Below, in pieces: positions 1-9,220 of a stretch of 64,000 bases of DNA. The stretch spans positions 32,001-96,000 of the IMG/VR virus record IMGVR_UViG_3300028591_000122. One strand, given 5' to 3'. The first letter of the stretch is position 1. Each line of letters opens with the position of its first letter. Origin of the DNA: a virus. Taxonomy: Duplodnaviria > Caudoviricetes. A program made the translations under genes and the position numbers. The notes beneath the pieces are model-generated. The model saw only the letters and a list, made by a program, of their open reading frames with translations. It was not told the DNA's origin and made no database searches.

Positions 1-27
1 TCTCTTAAACTCATTTTATTTCTCCTT

Positions 28-195
28 TCATAATACGACTTCTTTGTATTCAGTTCCGTCGTAATTGTGTTCTGTTGCTATTTCTGGGCGAATATGATAT
101 ATGACACCATAACTGCCCATGTTGATGCGTATGGTACAATTTTCAACTCCGTTGTCTTTCGCCCATTCATATAACTCTCTCACGGTAATTGTCAT
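28..195 (-). CDS. small hypothetical phage protein (55 aa, MTITVRELYEWAK...)
   Basis: Manually translated ORF below the track cutoff; AAGGAG RBS upstream; packed within the minus-strand operon. Confidence 0.7.
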   Translation of the reverse strand: MTITVRELYEWAKDNGVENCTIRINMGSYGVIYHIRPEIATEHNYDGTEYKEVVL

Positions 196-229
196 TCTCG
201 ATTTTATCTCCTTTCAAAAGGGACCTCAC

Positions 230-1294
230 TTACGTGAAGTCCCAATCTAATACATCATTGAAACAAATCTGCGGGTTGGTCTTAAAGAAGTCTTCCCAAC
301 ATTCGCTTTCTGTTTGTCCTTCTCCGTAGGCAATCATATCTTCGTTGTCTTTATCTATGTACTGTACTTCAAGGAGTAAATAATCCGTTGCTCCTTTGGT
401 TGATGTACTTGTCGCTACTGTCTTTCCGTAGTAGCCAGACTCATAATAGTCATCATACCAATCATTATATCTTCCATAGGTCTTTCCGTAGTAGTAAGGA
501 ACATATTCTTTCTCAATATATTCATACTGAACACATTCCGTATTGAGCAACTTTTCTACAGTGTCTTGTGTTCTCTGCATTTCTGTCATATTTACATACT
601 CGCCAAGTGTGTGAGCATTGTAATATCCACAAGAGAGGTTAACTCCGGCTATCTTTGCGGCAGGACATAGATAACTTATATCCGAACAACTTCCGCTTGC
701 TGTTTTATATTTTGTGTTTTCCGTGATAAACTTTTCAAAGTCTTTGTTGTCGCAATCATAAAACACTGCGTCATTGTTGTTGGCTCTGTCAAGTTCAATT
801 ATGTACTTACACTCTTTGCCTATTTCGTCGATGTATGATGTCTTTATAAATTGCCTTGAACCCACACAACCAATCTCTTCATCTTCGCAGAACACAACAT
901 ACGGCTTATATCCCTTTTCGAGAAGTTTGATTATCATATAAATTCCACATCTGTCATCACCACCAATTCCTTGAGGAGATGAAAGAAGATAATCTCCGTT
1001 CTTATTGTACTCATATGTTGTCTTTACCACTTCCGCGTGAACCGTGTCCATATGTGCCGTCAAACAGAAAGGAATACTTCCCTTTGCATATAGGAATCCG
1101 TCTCCAACGTGAACATCTTCATAACCGACTTCATACAGATACATCGCCAAAACATTTTTCAGTTGTTTCTGTGGCATTTTGCATATCTTTACAAAACACT
1201 CGTTCTCGGGAATCAATTTATTTTTTCTGCCTAAATACTGTACATTCTTTTGAGTTTTCTTATTAAACCATACTTCCTGTGACATACGCTTCAC
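230..1294 (-). CDS. M28/M20-clan zinc metallopeptidase-like protein
   Basis: Motifs AHMDTV, GGDDRCG, EDEEIG, ELDR, SDI, GYYNAH match the binuclear Zn ligands of clan MH peptidases. Confidence 0.75.
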   Translation of the reverse strand: MKRMSQEVWFNKKTQKNVQYLGRKNKLIPENECFVKICKMPQKQLKNVLAMYLYEVGYEDVHVGDGFLYAKGSIPFCLTAHMDTVHAEVVKTTYEYNKNGDYLLSSPQGIGGDDRCGIYMIIKLLEKGYKPYVVFCEDEEIGCVGSRQFIKTSYIDEIGKECKYIIELDRANNNDAVFYDCDNKDFEKFITENTKYKTASGSCSDISYLCPAAKIAGVNLSCGYYNAHTLGEYVNMTEMQRTQDTVEKLLNTECVQYEYIEKEYVPYYYGKTYGRYNDWYDDYYESGYYGKTVATSTSTKGATDYLLLEVQYIDKDNEDMIAYGEGQTESECWEDFFKTNPQICFNDVLDWDFT

Positions 1295-1301
1295 CCCTTT
1301 C

Positions 1302-3626
1302 TTATGCTACAACTCTATCAACTTCTTCCATTTCCGACATATCCAACGGAGTCCAATTTCCGTCTACTATTACACTTAACTTTCTCAAATAGAAAGTACC
1401 TTTGTAATATATCGTGTCTTCGTCTTTGTACCATTCTCCGTCGATTTCCGTACAAACATCTTGGTCATACCATTCTCCGTCAATATTGCAGGCATACCAT
1501 TCGGGAACTAAATCTCCGTCTACAGTTTCCACGCAATTTGCGACGTAATAGTATTCATCGTCATACTCTACGATGTCAGGATTATCACGGTGAGCGATTT
1601 CAGTGTCTCCGTCTTCGTTCAAAACGATTTCAACCGACTCCCATTCAGGAATCAATCCATCAACAGTTTCCACCATTACGTTCTCGCCGTACCAATTTCC
1701 GTCATATCTTACACAACTTGACTGCCTTGCAATAGTCCGCTCATCTTCCTCGTAATATGCATAGCATAAATCATAGTAAGATAAATCGTAAGTCGGCAAA
1801 TCTTCGCCGTCAATTTCGGAATACTCAAAATCATCTTCCGACAGATAATCTTCTGCCATCTCTACCCAATAGTAGCCCTCTCGTTCTGCACAACTTTCAC
1901 AACAGAACCATCTTTCGTCTCTATCAGAACGAATTCCGTCATCATAGCGACCTATGTAAAACCATTCGTCGCAATGGTCACATCTTGCGAAGTCTCCAGA
2001 ATTTTCGAGAGCATCATCGCAAACCCAACCGTAATTTTCAACGTTTTCTCCGTCACAGGTTTCCCATCTCTCGTGATACTCACAATAATTACTACTTCCG
2101 TCTTCGTTGATACAACTTTCGCAGAATGAATTGCTTGAATCGCCGTGTCTTTCTCCGCATTTAGGGCATATAGGGTCTGCACCAACGATGATACGTGGTG
2201 TTCCTGTATATTCTTTCAAGAAAGAAACATTCGGATTATCATAATTTGTTATATCATGGTAATGCGTTCCGTACTGGTATGAGTTCTCACCACAAATTCC
2301 ACCGTACCTTTTATTTGTCTTATTAGTCCACAAGTTAGGCACATTCCATAACTCCGACAACAATGTCTGTACTATTTCTCTGTACTGAACATAATCTTCG
2401 GGTTCTGCGTGATTTCCTTTATCTGTCTGGTCAAAGGGATAAAGTCTACCCTGAATGAACTTTTCTTTTCCGATGTGGAACATCTGTCTCATTTCCTTAC
2501 GAGGAACGGGTTCTCCCTTTTCTTTTGCTTCTTCTACTGCGTTATCTCCGAGAATAAAGAACACAACAGAACTTTCATCAAGCATATAACTTTCGCAACC
2601 AGACGAATAACAACCGCTATAACTTGCTCCCGAACGGTCACTCCATTTATGTTTGTTGTTCTTATCTGTTGAGTGACAAGAACTCCAATCAGTTCCCCAA
2701 GCCATTGTCAAATAGTCTAACGGATTCAGAGAGATGAAGATGTGCTTTTGCGTTGAGAACGGATTACAAGCATCTGCAAACTTCGCAAATTCGAAGTTGT
2801 AGACATTCTTATCATCTTCCATATTTTCATACGCATAACGACCACCGAGGTCTTTAAGGTCTTTATTTGTGAATTCCGTTAAGCCTGCCATTTTGCACAA
2901 CTTATTTACTACTCTCGAAACTTTCTGCCCCGATTTTGCCTTAAAATCAGCCATGTAACTGTTAATTATTGCCGCCATTTCTTCATCGAGGAACTGTTTC
3001 GGGTGATTATACAAGATTGACATACAGTTCGAGAAGTCATAATGGAAATTATAATCTTCTGTCTTGTACATACGACCATCAAATGGAGAATACTCATCTC
3101 CCTCAAATTTATCTCTTAAAGCCTTAAATCGTTTTTTATCTTCTTTCGCTTCAAGAATCAAATCATTCAGTGGATTTCCGGAATAGTAACTCTGTGCGTC
3201 TCGCAATGCTGTAATCTTATCTGAGAGTCTGCTTATGTGTGTGGTTAATTGACCCAAAGTATAAGTTCCGATTCTCTGTTCTTTTTTCTCAAGAACGAAT
3301 GATTCCCAACGTTTTGCAATATTGAGGAATGTTCTATAAGTGTCTATGTCGAAACTTCTGTGAATCGGCTTATCAAACTCTATCGCATACTCTCCGTTGT
3401 AAAAAGGACTCTTAACCCAAAGGTTAATCAGTTCCTTTTTCTTATCAAACCATTCTGCTATCATTGTTTTGCAAGCATCTAAATCTGCGTCAGGATAGCA
3501 CTCGCACCAGTCGAATAACTCTACGACTTTCTCTGCAAGTCTTGTAACTTCTTCACTTTTCAAGCCGATAATCTTTCCGTCCATACCAAATTCAAACTTC
3601 TCTGAACCCTTAAAAATTGTACTCAT
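1302..3626 (-). CDS. large hypothetical protein with conserved SC/GRLYP core, CxxC Zn ribbons and acidic aromatic repeats
   Basis: Start moved to ATG 3626 behind an AAGGAG RBS; motifs NPLDYLTM, WSSCHS, QGRLYP, CPKC, CESC, CDHC; C-terminal ETVDG and IDGEWY repeats. Confidence 0.7.
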   Translation of the reverse strand: MSTIFKGSEKFEFGMDGKIIGLKSEEVTRLAEKVVELFDWCECYPDADLDACKTMIAEWFDKKKELINLWVKSPFYNGEYAIEFDKPIHRSFDIDTYRTFLNIAKRWESFVLEKKEQRIGTYTLGQLTTHISRLSDKITALRDAQSYYSGNPLNDLILEAKEDKKRFKALRDKFEGDEYSPFDGRMYKTEDYNFHYDFSNCMSILYNHPKQFLDEEMAAIINSYMADFKAKSGQKVSRVVNKLCKMAGLTEFTNKDLKDLGGRYAYENMEDDKNVYNFEFAKFADACNPFSTQKHIFISLNPLDYLTMAWGTDWSSCHSTDKNNKHKWSDRSGASYSGCYSSGCESYMLDESSVVFFILGDNAVEEAKEKGEPVPRKEMRQMFHIGKEKFIQGRLYPFDQTDKGNHAEPEDYVQYREIVQTLLSELWNVPNLWTNKTNKRYGGICGENSYQYGTHYHDITNYDNPNVSFLKEYTGTPRIIVGADPICPKCGERHGDSSNSFCESCINEDGSSNYCEYHERWETCDGENVENYGWVCDDALENSGDFARCDHCDEWFYIGRYDDGIRSDRDERWFCCESCAEREGYYWVEMAEDYLSEDDFEYSEIDGEDLPTYDLSYYDLCYAYYEEDERTIARQSSCVRYDGNWYGENVMVETVDGLIPEWESVEIVLNEDGDTEIAHRDNPDIVEYDDEYYYVANCVETVDGDLVPEWYACNIDGEWYDQDVCTEIDGEWYKDEDTIYYKGTFYLRKLSVIVDGNWTPLDMSEMEEVDRVVA

Positions 3627-3647
3627 TATAAAATCTCCTTTCAATTT

Positions 3648-3673
3648 AAAAAAAGCCACCACCATTAGTGACC
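3648..3673 (-). terminator. intrinsic terminator
   Basis: GGTCACTA-ATGG-TGGTGGCT hairpin followed by a T run on the minus strand. Confidence 0.55.
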
Positions 3674-3676
3674 TTA

Positions 3677-3829
3677 TTAACGCTCAACGATTTCGACACT
3701 CAATACAGAAGCGTCTTTTTCATAATACTGTTTACGATGTAATGCGTCTAATGCATTACGGCAGTCCTCTTCTCTTGTGTCTTTTCCGTTGTTAAAGACG
3801 GAACTGACACGAATTGCATAATGTTTCAT
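3677..3829 (-). CDS. small hypothetical protein (50 aa)
   Basis: Manually read ORF MKHYAIRV...; AAGGAG RBS. Confidence 0.65.
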   Translation of the reverse strand: MKHYAIRVSSVFNNGKDTREEDCRNALDALHRKQYYEKDASVLSVEIVER

Positions 3830-3842
3830 CTTACTCTCCTTT

Positions 3843-3989
3843 CTATCTGAAAGCGATTTTTACTTTCTTCACATCGTCTTGTTTGTGCATACGCCTTGCA
3901 TATATATCTGCAAACAATTTAACTTTGAACGGTCTAAAAATAAGGTCTCCGTTGTTCATTGTTGTTTCGACACTATACTTGAATCTCAT
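3843..3989 (-). CDS. small hypothetical protein (48 aa)
   Basis: Manually read ORF MRFKYSVE...; AAGGAG RBS. Confidence 0.65.
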   Translation of the reverse strand: MRFKYSVETTMNNGDLIFRPFKVKLFADIYARRMHKQDDVKKVKIAFR

Positions 3990-4001
3990 AATCGTTCTCC
4001 T

Positions 4002-4172
4002 TTACATTGTGTAATATTTCATGGTGTCGTTGTCGTATGCGTCTGACAAGAGGTCTTGTCTTAAAAGAAAATCAATTGCGTCAATTGAATCTCCCGAATT
4101 AAAGAACTTGTCCTTTGCCTTGTTAACATTTTTTCTTGCTTTTCTAATGGATTTTGCTTTGTCATTTCTCAT
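4002..4172 (-). CDS. small hypothetical protein (56 aa)
   Basis: ORF track, start moved to MRNDKAK behind AAGGAG. Confidence 0.65.
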   Translation of the reverse strand: MRNDKAKSIRKARKNVNKAKDKFFNSGDSIDAIDFLLRQDLLSDAYDNDTMKYYTM

Positions 4173-4282
4173 AATCTTATTCTCCTTGTCTTTTTGTCTT
4201 TTTCGTAACCCTTGCAATTTTTGCAGTTTTCTGTGTTACCGCAAGTTTTATAATATTTGCAAGTTTTCTTACCGCCCATCAT
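4169..4282 (-). CDS. tiny Cys-rich protein (37 aa, CKYYKTC...CKNC)
   Basis: Manually read ORF with AAGGAG RBS; ATGA overlap with the next gene. Confidence 0.55.
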   Translation of the reverse strand: MMGGKKTCKYYKTCGNTENCKNCKGYEKDKKTRRIRL

Positions 4283-4292
4283 TTTTCTCCTT

Positions 4293-4523
4293 TCATGATT
4301 CATAAATCTTGATAGCCAAATCTCTCATTTTCTCTTTTTCGTTTTCCAAACTGTCAATTCTACTCAGTAGGAAATAGAGTACGGTATAAACTCCGTCTGT
4401 ACCGTTTTCGATGAAATTCCGCATAAATGTTCTGTCATCATCTGCATCGTATGGAGTTTTCGTAGTTCGTAATTTTATGATTTTATCTATGATTTCCGTT
4501 CTCTGCTCTTCAGTCATAATCAT
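4293..4523 (-). CDS. hypothetical protein
   Basis: ORF track; RBS; ATGA overlap with the upstream gene. Confidence 0.65.
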   Translation of the reverse strand: MIMTEEQRTEIIDKIIKLRTTKTPYDADDDRTFMRNFIENGTDGVYTVLYFLLSRIDSLENEKEKMRDLAIKIYES

Positions 4524-4786
4524 TCTCCTTCCAATTCAGATAATTTTTTATTGACACGAACCTCTACGGCTTTTAACTCTTTAATCTGTTTTGCAAGTTC
4601 TTTCTTGCGTTTAGAAATCATTCGCTTAAGATAAAATGATTCCATTCCTTTTTTGCAGTAGTACATATCTCCACTACCCTTGTTACCCGCAAAGCACATA
4701 TGCTGTGTGCGTTGGTTACTCTGTGCCGATTCGATTTCCACATCTCCGTTGTTGTATAAGAGAACTTTTACCATTTCGTCTTTCAT
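4520..4786 (-). CDS. hypothetical protein with C-terminal coiled coil
   Basis: Start moved to ATG 4786 (MKDEMVK) behind AAGGAG. Confidence 0.65.
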   Translation of the reverse strand: MKDEMVKVLLYNNGDVEIESAQSNQRTQHMCFAGNKGSGDMYYCKKGMESFYLKRMISKRKKELAKQIKELKAVEVRVNKKLSELEGE

Positions 4787-4940
4787 TGTCAGTCTCCTTT
4801 CACTTTCCGTGATTTCCGTTGTTTGCCCGTATGCGTGTCCGATAGCACAGACCACTTATTTAATTTACCTTAACCCAGTGGATTAAGTGTTTCAGGCAAG
4901 TAAATAGTACCGCCTGTTCCGTTCAGAATGGGAATCTCTC

Positions 4941-5522
4941 TCATACGTTTTCTCCTTTCTGTTTGCCTTTACTCTTGAAGTTTGCTAATGAGTCTTTCAG
5001 AAATTGCAATTCATCTTTGATTTCCTCGTCAGTTCCGACACTCATTAACTCTCCGTACATATCCGACAAGGTGTTCTTTATCTGTTTTACTCTCTCTTTT
5101 CGCTTGAGTTCGATTTCTTTTGCGTATGCTTCTGCATACATATCATCGTTTTCTTCAATGCGAATTATGATGTTTTTTCCCATACGGAGAGAATCTTCGT
5201 GGCTTACTCCATAATCTCTTTCCAATATTTCGGCTTCAGAACAAGCACGGAAATATTCGCTTATTGCCGCGAGTTGTCCTGTCGTTAAGAGTTTTCCATT
5301 GACTGTACACTTAAAAAACTCGTTCTCGTCTGTCTTAATCTCGTTATCTGCGTTTGCTCGTTTATGTATTTCTTTTGCGACAAAGGTTTTGACTTCCCTT
5401 TCGTGTTCGAGTAACCTTTCGAGTTCGGCTATGTGTCTATGGTGGTCACTGATAGCCTGCTCGTACTCATCTATGATTTTCAAAACCTCTTCTCTTGATA
5501 AATATGGGTCTTTAATTGGCAT
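4941..5522 (-). CDS. hypothetical coiled-coil protein
   Basis: ORF track 193 aa; GAGGAG RBS. Confidence 0.7.
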   Translation of the reverse strand: MPIKDPYLSREEVLKIIDEYEQAISDHHRHIAELERLLEHEREVKTFVAKEIHKRANADNEIKTDENEFFKCTVNGKLLTTGQLAAISEYFRACSEAEILERDYGVSHEDSLRMGKNIIIRIEENDDMYAEAYAKEIELKRKERVKQIKNTLSDMYGELMSVGTDEEIKDELQFLKDSLANFKSKGKQKGENV

Positions 5523-5742
5523 TTTCGTTCTCCTCTCTTTCTATATCATTTAATGTCCACATCAAACTAATCATAAAAGTAAATGCTAATGCGCTTAAAA
5601 CAGTTCCGATAAGTCCTATTGTGATTACGATTTCGTTCCAATTGTTTATACCACTTATAAGGGCACGGGCAGATGGAATACCAATTGCCGATGTTAATAT
5701 AAACAAAATATTTATTGCCTTATGAATTTGTTCAATTGTCAT
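5512..5742 (-). CDS. small two-TM membrane protein
   Basis: Two hydrophobic segments; start moved to MTIEQ behind AAGGAG. Confidence 0.65.
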   Translation of the reverse strand: MTIEQIHKAINILFILTSAIGIPSARALISGINNWNEIVITIGLIGTVLSALAFTFMISLMWTLNDIEREENENAN

Positions 5743-5756
5743 TTTAGTTCTCCTTT

Positions 5757-5927
5757 TTATAAATTTTCGCATTTATTACAACCCCAATATTCGTCCCATT
5801 GAGAACAATTTTCACAACCTTTCTTAATTCCGTTGTTCACATTGTTGATTCTGCATTCTTCTTGTTTACGCATTTCTTTAAAAACCTTTTGAAGCACAAG
5901 ATTCATATCAAGGTCATACTCTTTCAT
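5757..5927 (-). CDS. small Cys-containing protein (56 aa, CENC...CNKC)
   Basis: Manually read ORF MKEYDLDM...; AAGGAG RBS. Confidence 0.6.
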   Translation of the reverse strand: MKEYDLDMNLVLQKVFKEMRKQEECRINNVNNGIKKGCENCSQWDEYWGCNKCENL

Positions 5928-5940
5928 ATCTGTTCTCCTT

Positions 5941-6216
5941 TCATATTCCCAACAGTTCTGCTAAAGTGATATTTAAGCCATAACTGACTCTGTTTCCGTC
6001 GTTATCAACCACATCACAACCATACGATTCTTCTATACGGCTACGGATAGAGGAAATTTCAAATTCCATTTCCTTTCTTAAGTCTGCTATAGCACTACCT
6101 ATGGAATTCCCTTTCCCAATTCTTCCGAGTGGCTCGTCAAACCAACCCCCAACATACAGTTGAAGATGTGCTTCGTAATGCCCGTATTTAGTCTTTTCGA
6201 CTCTAATTCTTATCAT
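5941..6216 (-). CDS. hypothetical protein
   Basis: ORF track; AGGAG RBS. Confidence 0.65.
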   Translation of the reverse strand: MIRIRVEKTKYGHYEAHLQLYVGGWFDEPLGRIGKGNSIGSAIADLRKEMEFEISSIRSRIEESYGCDVVDNDGNRVSYGLNITLAELLGI

Positions 6217-6230
6217 TTCCGTTCTCCTCT

Positions 6231-6419
6231 CTATGCTTGTTCGAATTCCCTTTTGAAGTCGTCTAACTGTTGTGAAACATCGTTCCCAAGTGCGTACATC
6301 TCCGAGAACTCTTTAGAGAATTCAAGTCCGTTGAGTGTCATTTCTCTCAATGTCTCCGTTATGTCATTAAGCATAGCGGTATACTGTTTGATGAGAAGTA
6401 ATAACTGTATTTTATTCAT
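6231..6419 (-). CDS. hypothetical protein
   Basis: Start moved to MNKIQ behind AGGAG. Confidence 0.6.
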   Translation of the reverse strand: MNKIQLLLLIKQYTAMLNDITETLREMTLNGLEFSKEFSEMYALGNDVSQQLDDFKREFEQA

Positions 6420-6429
6420 TTCCGTTCTC

Positions 6430-6558
6430 CTATTTAACCCAATCCTCATAGTCTTTATCGTTAGCAAATTCCATATATCCGTTTTCATCTGCTCCGGCTA
6501 CATCTTTGCCAACGTATCCTTTGTAACTATAGCCAACCCAGAATCCTTTAATTTCCAT
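6430..6558 (-). CDS. small hypothetical protein (MEIKGFWVGYSYKGYV...MEFANDKDYED)
   Basis: Start moved behind an AGGAG RBS; overlaps the end of the upstream gene. Confidence 0.6.
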   Translation of the reverse strand: MEIKGFWVGYSYKGYVGKDVAGADENGYMEFANDKDYEDWVK

Positions 6559-6883
6559 AAGCCATTCTCCTCTGTTGGTTATCTTTCCAATGTACTCTGT
6601 TGTATCTGTCCCAGAACTTGTTCCATTTCTTCTTGCGTTCTTCCCCTTGGATATTTTCCATTTCGAGATAGAACTTGAACTGGGCAATTTCCATTTCTTT
6701 CGCTTCGTCTTCAGACAAATGCTTTGCCTTTTTGGGTGGGTTCTTGAGAAATCCCACTGCTTCATCACGAGTCATAAAGACATGCTCGTAGCGAAGTCTT
6801 GCCTTTTCCAATTCCATTTCGGAATCTGTCATAAAATTACGGATTGCTCCGTTTTCTACCACGAAATACATTGTCATCTTCAT
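6548..6883 (-). CDS. hypothetical protein
   Basis: ORF track; GGAGG RBS. Confidence 0.65.
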   Translation of the reverse strand: MKMTMYFVVENGAIRNFMTDSEMELEKARLRYEHVFMTRDEAVGFLKNPPKKAKHLSEDEAKEMEIAQFKFYLEMENIQGEERKKKWNKFWDRYNRVHWKDNQQRRMAYGN

Positions 6884-6895
6884 CTGTTTTCCCTC

Positions 6896-7192
6896 CTAAA
6901 ATGCGTCATTCGGAATGTCAAATGTATAATCATCTATGTCATCATCGTCCCACTCATCATCGAGAGGGTTTGCGTGATAAGGGTTCTCGATTCTATAATT
7001 CTCTTCGAACTCTTCATCTTGCCACGCAAAATTCACGCGGTTTTCTAATTCCGCAATATCCTCGTGGGCATCTACTAAAACATCAAAGTCTAAATCTCCC
7101 TTATCTACTCTCTCTGCGAGTTCTTCATAGCGAGCCCTTTTCTCGTCTAACTGTTTAGTCAGTTCCCTTGGGTCTTCGTACTGTCTGTACAT
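6896..7192 (-). CDS. hypothetical protein with very acidic C-terminus
   Basis: ORF track; AAGGAG RBS; D/E-rich tail. Confidence 0.7.
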   Translation of the reverse strand: MYRQYEDPRELTKQLDEKRARYEELAERVDKGDLDFDVLVDAHEDIAELENRVNFAWQDEEFEENYRIENPYHANPLDDEWDDDDIDDYTFDIPNDAF

Positions 7193-7211
7193 AAATTAAC
7201 TCCTTTCCCAT

Positions 7212-7463
7212 TTATTGCCATCTAGTAAACTGAGTAGCCATATTGTATGCGGTGTTGCTGTCATAGCCTAACCTTATGAGGAAATCATATAGTTTCCGAT
7301 GGATTTTTTGTTTACTAGTACCCATCTTATACTCTAATTTCCCTATGCGTCTACGGATTAACTCACAAGCTAACCCTATCAACACGAAAGGTACTGCGAT
7401 AATAATCACTAATACTACGATTTCCAATAATGCTTCCAACATTGCAAAGATAATTCCTAACAT
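7212..7463 (-). CDS. small membrane protein
   Basis: Long N-terminal hydrophobic stretch; AGGAGG RBS. Confidence 0.65.
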   Translation of the reverse strand: MLGIIFAMLEALLEIVVLVIIIAVPFVLIGLACELIRRRIGKLEYKMGTSKQKIHRKLYDFLIRLGYDSNTAYNMATQFTRWQ

Positions 7464-7475
7464 TCTGCTTTCCTC

Positions 7476-7766
7476 CTATATCAGTTTCCCTGTCTGTGCG
7501 AGTTTATCTAATAACCCATTTCTTCTGTTAATCTTATTCTCCGTGTATCTTATTTCCCTCTTGAGAACTTCTATTTCCGCTAATTTTGCGATGATTCTGT
7601 TTCCATTGTAATCATCGTCATAGTTATCCTGATGAAATTCTGCATCTGCCTTGGCGAGTCTGACTTTCAAAGACTCGATTTTATCCCTGAAAATACTTTC
7701 TGGGGTATTGACTAACTTTTGATTTCCTTTTAAGATTCTTAATCTCATTCTTTCTATATTTGTCAT
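7476..7766 (-). CDS. hypothetical coiled-coil protein
   Basis: ORF track; GAGGAG RBS. Confidence 0.65.
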   Translation of the reverse strand: MTNIERMRLRILKGNQKLVNTPESIFRDKIESLKVRLAKADAEFHQDNYDDDYNGNRIIAKLAEIEVLKREIRYTENKINRRNGLLDKLAQTGKLI

Positions 7767-7780
7767 AATTATTCTCCTCT

Positions 7781-8113
7781 CTAGTGCGACAAATACACCT
7801 TACCTTTATTCCATAACACCATAGCAGTCTCATAGTCATTTGCGTGCGAGTATGTGCCACATTCTCTGCATACCGCATTAACGCATGATATACCCATGTT
7901 CGTATAGTGTCGATTCATAGCAATATTCTTGCTCTGACACTTCGGACATCTAGTCAGATAATGTTCTTCGGAGTGTGGGCGAATGAGACTCAACTCCTCG
8001 ATAGTCCACCCGTAAGTCTCTTGAATCTGACGAGCCGACAGTATTTTTCTACAGTAATAATTTAAGAGCCATCTTCTCTGCATACGAGTCAATGGTGCCT
8101 TTTGTTCTTTCAT
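7781..8113 (-). CDS. Zn-ribbon protein (Lar/restriction-alleviation-like C-terminal pattern)
   Basis: CPKC...CREC followed by A..LWN, the pattern of Lar-like zinc ribbons. Confidence 0.45.
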   Translation of the reverse strand: MKEQKAPLTRMQRRWLLNYYCRKILSARQIQETYGWTIEELSLIRPHSEEHYLTRCPKCQSKNIAMNRHYTNMGISCVNAVCRECGTYSHANDYETAMVLWNKGKVYLSH

Positions 8114-8412
8114 AAAAACCTCCTAACCGCTACAATTATTCTGTCATCATACAAATAGTCATTGGCACAGTTGTCCATTAACAGAATGTATTCATCGCCT
8201 ACTTGCACATCTTCACTCGGTCTGAATGCCCACAGATTACCCGTCGAGTCTTCGCCTACAACCTCTATGCCACCGTCCTCGACTTCGACTATGCATGTCT
8301 CAAGAAAATACACCTGTCTTATGCATGTTCTGACACCAAAGCCTAATAATACCAATACTGACACTACCATTATGATAATGCCCACAATGTTACTCTTATG
8401 CGTGGTAATCAC
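8110..8412 (-). CDS. membrane-anchored hypothetical protein
   Basis: N-terminal TM helix; EDSTGNLW motif; start uncertain. Confidence 0.6.
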   Translation of the reverse strand: MITTHKSNIVGIIIMVVSVLVLLGFGVRTCIRQVYFLETCIVEVEDGGIEVVGEDSTGNLWAFRPSEDVQVGDEYILLMDNCANDYLYDDRIIVAVRRFL

Positions 8413-8533
8413 CTCCTATCCTTATGGTCTTACGGAGATACTGCGTACAGGATACACATTAGCACGCAATACATCGCTATTAAGAGCCTATTAAACCACT
8501 ATTGAACCACGCAACCTTAAACAGTTACTTAAC

Positions 8534-8560
8534 AAAAAAGGGCAAGGTTACTCCTCGCCC
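8534..8560 (-). terminator. intrinsic terminator after the 212-aa gene
   Basis: GGGCGAGG-AGTAA-CCTTGCCC followed by T6 on the minus strand. Confidence 0.75.
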
Positions 8561-8581
8561 ATACCCATATTCAATTGTAGA

Positions 8582-9220
8582 TTACTTCTGTGCGTTTGCT
8601 ACCTCTTTGTTGACCTTGCCGTCTTTAACATACTTCGCCTTAAGGCAATCGGGTATCATAGCGGCTTTGATGGTGCCTGCACTAACCATGTAGTTAAACG
8701 TTACCCAGAAGATGAGATTCAATGCACCTGAAGTGTTGAACGATACACCGTCTGTACCCTCGGACTTAACGAATTTTCTCATGTCCACCTTGCCCCCAAG
8801 GGTATTCAGTAGCGACTTTTCAAAGTCTGTGCCTTTAATGTCAAGGTCATACTTCGAGAAAAAGTCCTGCAAAGCCTTTTTGATAACAGTAGTATCATCG
8901 CAAGATACACCTTTAAGAGCCTTACGTAATGCCTTTTCATCGTCTGATAACTCAAACTTATCCATCTGTGCGAGTCTTTCCTCGTATGCTACTCTAAACG
9001 CGTCAAGGTCTGCCTGATACTGTGCAAGTCGCTCGGGGATAGATTCTGCAAAGATACTGCCCTCTAATGTCTTCGATGTTGATTCGATTAACTTCTTGGT
9101 CGCACTTGTCTGCACGCGATAGTCCTCTGCGTACTCTGCCCTTAATACTTTAAGGTCTACAAACTTTGCTACTCTATCTGCGAATTCTCTCTGTGCTTTA
9201 AACATATCAATATTCTTCAT
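8582..9220 (-). CDS. first gene of the leftward arm, hypothetical protein (212 aa)
   Basis: ORF track; GAGG RBS; followed by its own terminator. Confidence 0.75.
   Translation of the reverse strand: MKNIDMFKAQREFADRVAKFVDLKVLRAEYAEDYRVQTSATKKLIESTSKTLEGSIFAESIPERLAQYQADLDAFRVAYEERLAQMDKFELSDDEKALRKALKGVSCDDTTVIKKALQDFFSKYDLDIKGTDFEKSLLNTLGGKVDMRKFVKSEGTDGVSFNTSGALNLIFWVTFNYMVSAGTIKAAMIPDCLKAKYVKDGKVNKEVANAQK

Noticed and set aside
4790-4845. GGACACGCATACGGGCAAAC resembling the start of a c-di-GMP-I riboswitch
   Set aside because: The required P2 stem, GACGCAAAG and P3 elements are absent.
979-9017. Plus-strand ORFs in the left arm (and minus-strand ORFs throughout the right arm)
   Set aside because: They are antisense shadows of RBS-supported genes and have no recognisable motifs.
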